A stretch of 64,000 nucleotides of DNA from Phoronis australis (lineage: Eukaryota > Animalia > Phoronida). The stretch is from positions 248,001-312,000 of the forward strand of contig NMRA01000337.1 in assembly GCA_002633005.1 (NCBI GenBank). The letters run 5' to 3'. Shown here one piece after another: positions 61,601 to 64,000 of this stretch; within the stretch, counting starts at the first letter, position 1, and the number at the start of each line of letters is the position of its first letter. A program made the position numbers and the translations under genes. The notes beneath the pieces are model-generated. The model did not search any database, was not told the DNA's origin, and saw only the letters and a program-made list of their open reading frames with translations.

Positions 61601-62251
61601 GAACCGTTAGACAAGTCTTCATTTATTTTTGTTTTACTGAACTGAAGACAATTATCCCAGAGATCATGCACACACATTTTAGTAAATAAAGAAGCACACA
61701 ACTATCTCACCTGAAGCCATTTGTTCAACTACAGGCGTTGAAGACGGATCACAACATAAAAACGTTGCCAGATTTTTGATGACTTTAGCATTAGGAGACG
61801 TTGTTCTTTTAGAACAATGCTCCAGCAAACTTGAAAGACAACTGGCTGCATGCATCTGTTGGTAAGAACATTTATCTCAATTATTCACGGCAATATTTTT
61901 TCTTTATCAGAGGTGCATGTCGTAATGTCTAATCATAATGGTACAATTATGAAGTGAAGTTTTTTGACAGACACAAAGCAATCATTGTAGGATGCTTCCA
62001 AGCTACCCTTACATGTGTGGTAGAAAAGTGGTTTATGATTATAACAAGACATTCACAAAGAAAATTTACTAACAACATTACCATACCAGTCAAAACATAC
62101 CGATACATAAAAAGCCCAGTCCATGTAAATTACCTGCAGTTGTTCGTTAATCTCGCGCTTCACAGCGTCCATCAAAGGACGTATCACAGGGTTAAGTTTG
62201 TCTGGCAGACACTGTAAACTGACCAGCGCACCAGCTAAACTAGCTTGAACT
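37429..62251 (-). CDS. BTAF1: TATA-binding protein-associated factor 172 / Mot1 SNF2 ATPase, 3' partial (21 exons, ~967 aa in window; 5' part beyond 64000)
   Basis: complement join(62134-62251,61711-61855,61313-61374,60712-60804,60163-60313,59617-59726,58687-58888,57654-57802,55171-55323,54445-54582,53980-54131,52376-52517,48002-48209,46254-46384,45071-45193,44387-44535,43883-44011,43510-43587,39170-39299,38707-38798,37429-37678), phase-consistent. Motifs: [32 protein letters not shown] (Walker A), [59 protein letters not shown]. Confidence 0.96.
38187..38690. repeat. 28-bp minisatellite x~18 in the last BTAF1 intron
   Basis: Unit ttcaggtacatcatgacatgactattgg. Confidence 0.95.
38707..38798 (-). 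CDS. BTAF1: BTAF1 exon
   Basis: [31 protein letters not shown]|gtgagt. Confidence 0.96.
39170..39299 (-). CDS. BTAF1: BTAF1 exon
   Basis: [43 protein letters not shown]. Confidence 0.96.
39335..43160 (+). mobile_element. Non-LTR retrotransposon (CR1/L2 group, Crack/Daphne-like), antisense within a BTAF1 intron
   Basis: Intact APE+RT ORF, AT-rich 3'UTR, 3' stem-loop at 43079-43124 and (AATA)n tail at 43142-43160. The 5' boundary is inferred from a candidate ATGTC target duplication (39330-39334 / 43159-43163). Confidence 0.9.
39765..42830 (+). CDS. LINE ORF2: apurinic-like endonuclease + reverse transcriptase, 1021 aa
   Basis: EN motifs [30 protein letters not shown]; RT motifs [37 protein letters not shown]; no internal stop or frameshift. 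Confidence 0.95.
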   Translation: MGLPLVTDSATNNSEVLYGPGQKDDIAATTERWLKPDHVPALNGFPDFFNFSDSLFTTENINESSPSISGSILSDHGPDILSDLKYTKGLRIGHLNIVSLTDRIDDLRFIMSQKPIDILCLNETRLSSIIDDSEIAIDGFELNRNDRNRKGGGVAIYTKEELTSCQLQHHDEQVESLWVEIDIPKSKNLIIGSVYRPPSANAEYTEKLTDHLKNIVHNQAHTSKDFIVTGDFNYDVLCKKTVSKIRAWERELGMKNIINVPTRVTDKTSTCLDLILVSNVDKVFTFDSIPIGISDHNLVFTSYKTCRPRFPPRIITKRSYRTFDNEDFLRDLQAIDWGAVTTAVDPDAAWTIFKQSFIRVINNHAPVIQLKLKGKSPEWYNDNLIALSRKRDYLKRIAQRTRNSSDWGIFKKARNKVNNALKRAKADYYDQVINENKSNGKTLWKIIKSILPNKSKSVANEFRIGNDFVSDKRKIANAFNDFFTGIGQKLAENFTMSTIELPPKKQEGISFKFQDIQVDYVREQIKTLNSSSASGIDSIDAKLLKLASQQIAEPLTNIMNLSLKTATIPREWKMAVVTPVFKDGEKSSCENYRPISVLPAVSKILERCVQKQLHQFLEQNSLLSAAQSGFRPLHSTLTTNIHATEFIFNNMDQGKLTGAVFVDLKKAFDTVDHGILLQKLESYGVNDNELLWFRNYLYDRKQATKYGGILSDYSTVITGVPQGSILGPLLFTIFVNDLPTVLHNSVPVLYADDTAIMSTAGSVNELETSLNNELAIIHDWLIQNKLTLNVSKTKSMLFGTHQKLKQQKLSLSINGSPIENVDKFKYLGLILDPNLKFNMHIDHITKKLSKKIGVLKRLGKFLNVRTLKTLYHCIIQPHIDYCLPVWGHTSDTLVNKVQVIQNRAARAILGTKIRDTRVDDLYSKLGFMKVRQRNKYLSACCIYRCINGLAPAYLSSKFNSSQAVYSTRSSVAGNVSSKKIKTETGKRSFIYAAAIIWNSFSPEIKRSNSITTFKVNVKKWL
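43510..43587 (-). CDS. BTAF1: BTAF1 exon
   Basis: [25 protein letters not shown]|gtatgt. Confidence 0.94.
43883..44011 (-). CDS. BTAF1: BTAF1 exon
   Basis: QLLLDCGVG...[22 protein letters not shown]|gtaagt. Confidence 0.95.
44387..44535 (-). CDS. BTAF1: BTAF1 exon
   Basis: [21 protein letters not shown]...HAAKLSAL|gtgagt. Confidence 0.95.
45071..45193 (-). CDS. BTAF1: BTAF1 exon
   Basis: [14 protein letters not shown]...HQTTHIFQ|gtaggg. Confidence 0.92.
45744..45895. repeat. ~37-bp minisatellite
   Basis: atgtatcattgatgatggtgtgatgtatcatatgatt. Confidence 0.85.
46254..46384 (-). CDS. BTAF1: BTAF1 exon
   Basis: [44 protein letters not shown]|gtgaga. Confidence 0.95.
48002..48209 (-). CDS. 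BTAF1: BTAF1 exon
   Basis: [41 protein letters not shown]...EQEA|gtaact. Confidence 0.96.
48233..48441. repeat. 57-bp minisatellite x~3.7 next to a BTAF1 acceptor
   Basis: gtgataaggccaacactgggctgatatgcataaatatgcacatcaaaaagcatatca. Confidence 0.92.
48998..51865. mobile_element. Non-autonomous Tc1/mariner/pogo-type element (CCGTA termini)
   Basis: TA|ccgtattcgccctaataagtgccca ... tgggcacttattacagtgaatacgg|TA; subterminal taagcgcc repeats. Confidence 0.8.
49601..50983. mobile_element. Second CCGTA-type non-autonomous element nested in the previous one
   Basis: ccgtaaactcgctggtta ... taacccacgagtttacgg|TA; subterminal gggtaatcgccca repeats. Confidence 0.75.
51926..52237. repeat. 44-bp minisatellite x~7
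   Basis: gtgtaggatatcacactcatagtgctgcatatataatgtacaga. Confidence 0.95.
52376..52517 (-). CDS. BTAF1: BTAF1 exon (DEGH box)
   Basis: [40 protein letters not shown]|gtaagt. Confidence 0.96.
52724..52975. repeat. 23-bp G-rich minisatellite x~11
   Basis: acagtccagggtcaggggtctac. Confidence 0.9.
53980..54131 (-). CDS. BTAF1: BTAF1 exon
   Basis: [23 protein letters not shown]. Confidence 0.95.
54445..54582 (-). CDS. BTAF1: BTAF1 exon (Walker A)
   Basis: [38 protein letters not shown]. Confidence 0.96.
55171..55323 (-). CDS. BTAF1: BTAF1 exon
   Basis: [30 protein letters not shown]...AELRQYQQ|gtaaca. Confidence 0.95.
55765..57040. mobile_element. PIF/Harbinger-like MITE containing a diverged HINE-like repeat (~56480-56920)
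   Basis: TIR GGGCTGTTCCAG(C/T)AAAA at both ends; 3-bp flanks tta / tga. Confidence 0.7.
57654..57802 (-). CDS. BTAF1: BTAF1 exon
   Basis: [49 protein letters not shown]|gtaggg. Confidence 0.94.
57803..58686 (-). other. U12-type (minor spliceosome) GT-AG intron of BTAF1
   Basis: 5'ss GTATCCTT (58686-58679); branch box TTCCTCAAC (57820-57812) ending 9 nt before the exon; no polypyrimidine tract; splicing gives in-frame ELLA-N-MIDTL. Confidence 0.9.
58687..58888 (-). CDS. BTAF1: BTAF1 exon (followed by U12 intron)
   Basis: [28 protein letters not shown]...RQGAIELLA|GTATCCTT. Confidence 0.93.
59069..59418. repeat. 32-bp minisatellite x~11
   Basis: actaatgatcttccaagcccatatcaacaaat. Confidence 0.95.
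59617..59726 (-). CDS. BTAF1: BTAF1 exon
   Basis: [25 protein letters not shown]|gtaatt. Confidence 0.9.
60163..60313 (-). CDS. BTAF1: BTAF1 exon
   Basis: [38 protein letters not shown]|gtaatg. Confidence 0.88.
60712..60804 (-). CDS. BTAF1: BTAF1 exon (donor position uncertain; 60733 also possible)
   Basis: ctgcag|[24 protein letters not shown](VCADTNN); phase 0 on both sides. Confidence 0.6.
61313..61374 (-). CDS. BTAF1: BTAF1 exon
   Basis: [20 protein letters not shown]|gtatga. Confidence 0.8.
61711..61855 (-). CDS. BTAF1: BTAF1 exon
   Basis: [41 protein letters not shown]|gtgaga. Confidence 0.92.
62134..62251 (-). CDS. BTAF1: BTAF1 exon (first seen in window)
   Basis: [39 protein letters not shown]|gtaatt. 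Confidence 0.93.
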
Positions 62252-63289
62252 CTGCAACAGAGTACAAACACTGTTGGACCATATGTACAGAGAGTAGATA
62301 TCAACATCTCTTGGATAAAAGTGTACAGATGGCAAACAAGAACTAACCCCAGCTAGGAAAATATATTACCACATAAACTAATTTGAACCGTATAATGCAA
62401 CAAACCAAAACAGTGAAAATATACAAACCAGATTTAAAAATATGGAAAATCCTAAATACCACTGTGTTCTTAAAACAAGCTTACTTTAACTAAGCAGCAA
62501 TGTAAATCCACAGTCACATAGGCCCATAGACATCTTAATACTATAGACCGGGCGTATGCGCTACTGCAGCTGACAACTTGACGCCATATTGGAGAGTGTC
62601 AGTAGTCACGACACGGCTAATTGCCGTGTAAACAAACGGGGTAAATTGCTCTTTTCAAAGCGCGATATCTAATGAATAAAGAGGTGGAAGAGTGTGATTT
62701 TTTCCAGAAACATAAAAAATATGTGATGTCGCACTTACATAGTACGTTTTTTTAAGTGTCAATCAGTCAACAGGGAAAACATCAAACTAGTATATCGCAA
62801 CCAGTGGCAGATTCTCAAATTGTCTGAGCGGCTGAATGCTTGTTATCCACTGTGAGCGTTTTATTTTTTTCGTTTTTTCAAGAGAAACCAGTAAGATCGC
62901 GCAAATTTATTTCCTTAATTCGTGTTGCTCGATGCAAATACATTATATCCAGGAGATGTGCTGCTTACTTGGGATGTACTTTTGTTGTGCCCCAATAAGC
63001 CTTAGTTTTCAGTATTGAAAATGACCCCGGATAACTACGTTAAATTAAAATACGATCAATGTCGCATTTAATGGAGGGTCTAAATTTAATGTGAACTACT
63101 GTGAAAAATGACCTCATTGGAGTCATATAGATTAAGTTCATTAGAGCGTTCTCCTGTTCCGTGACTTTCCCGGACGTACAGTGATTGTGAGTGTGTGGTA
63201 GTCTTACCTTCGATTGTATAGTTGGGCGATTTTGGCGATTCAAAAAGTTTAAGCATGACCAGTATTTGATCGGGAATTCATAAATGTCA

Positions 63290-64000
63290 TTGAATAATGT
63301 TCAAACATTTTATAACTAAACTGTTTCATAAAAATTGCCACTGGATGGCGCAAAAATGTACAATACATCCAAAAAACGAGAACATGCCATATTTTATAAA
63401 ATCTGTCAAGGAACTTCAAAGAAACAATGGAAAACAGAAAAAGAGCGCCGCGGAGTATTGAAATGCGCCCACGAATGCATCGCAGATGGCGCAAAATAGG
63501 TTGAATCTGTCTGAAATCCAAAAAATGTCATAGTTTCTTTAAAAGAAAGCCATTTACCAACTTAAATTAAAATTCCCCGAGGAACTTCAGAGAAACAGAG
63601 GAAAACAAAAAAAACGAAATTGCCACTAGGGGACACAGTGTTCATCGGATCCGTCTAAAAGTCGTCATCTTCTCATTTTAACTTCATATAAATACACGTG
63701 CTAAATTTGATAAAGATCCTGCAGAGGGCTTAGGAGACACAGGTATGAGTGCACAAAAAACCAAAACCGCCACTAGGAGGTGCCACAGTAGTCGAAGTCA
63801 TCAGAAAATCATCGGCAACAGTCCCCTTCATAGAAAGAACATACATGCCAACTTTCACAGTCATCCTTAGAGTGGTTTGGTTGACAGATGGACGAACGCC
63901 ACAAAACAGACTCAAAAACAACAAAAATGTCCACTAGGTGGAGCAAAAAACCTTGAACAAATCCGAAGATGAATGGCTAGCGTCACCTCACTAATGGATG
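63290..64000 (-). repeat. Reverse-oriented copy of the same HINE-like monomer array (runs off the window)
   Basis: gccactagggggacac, gccactaggaggtgcc and ccactaggtggagc; reverse-complement similarity to 25650-26000. Confidence 0.75.

Overview
Eukaryotic (animal, probably marine invertebrate) genomic DNA, AT-rich and intron-rich. There is no prokaryotic operon or CRISPR array. It holds two convergent (tail-to-tail) spliced genes. A complete 13-exon USP22 (SAGA deubiquitinase, about 504 aa) lies on + at 18124-34214. The 3' 21 exons of BTAF1/Mot1 (SNF2-family TBP-displacing ATPase) lie on - at 62251-37429, continuing beyond the window. One BTAF1 intron is a clear U12-type (minor spliceosome) GT-AG intron. 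The rest is a dense transposon and repeat landscape. It includes an intact 1021-aa CR1/L2-group LINE antisense in a BTAF1 intron and an internally deleted Kolobok with convergent THAP-transposase and KolX remnants. It also includes a nest of DD37D maT > MULE-like foldback > Penelope with a hammerhead remnant, a second Penelope fragment, and MITEs of several superfamilies. Further features are Helentron/HINE-like tandem arrays with one CTCF-like motif per ~150-bp monomer, many unrelated intronic minisatellites, and tandem duplications that copy BTAF1 splice sites. All calls come from manual reading; family assignments need HMM/Repbase/RNA-seq confirmation. I did not find a clearly new protein-coding system; the most novel-looking signals are non-coding.
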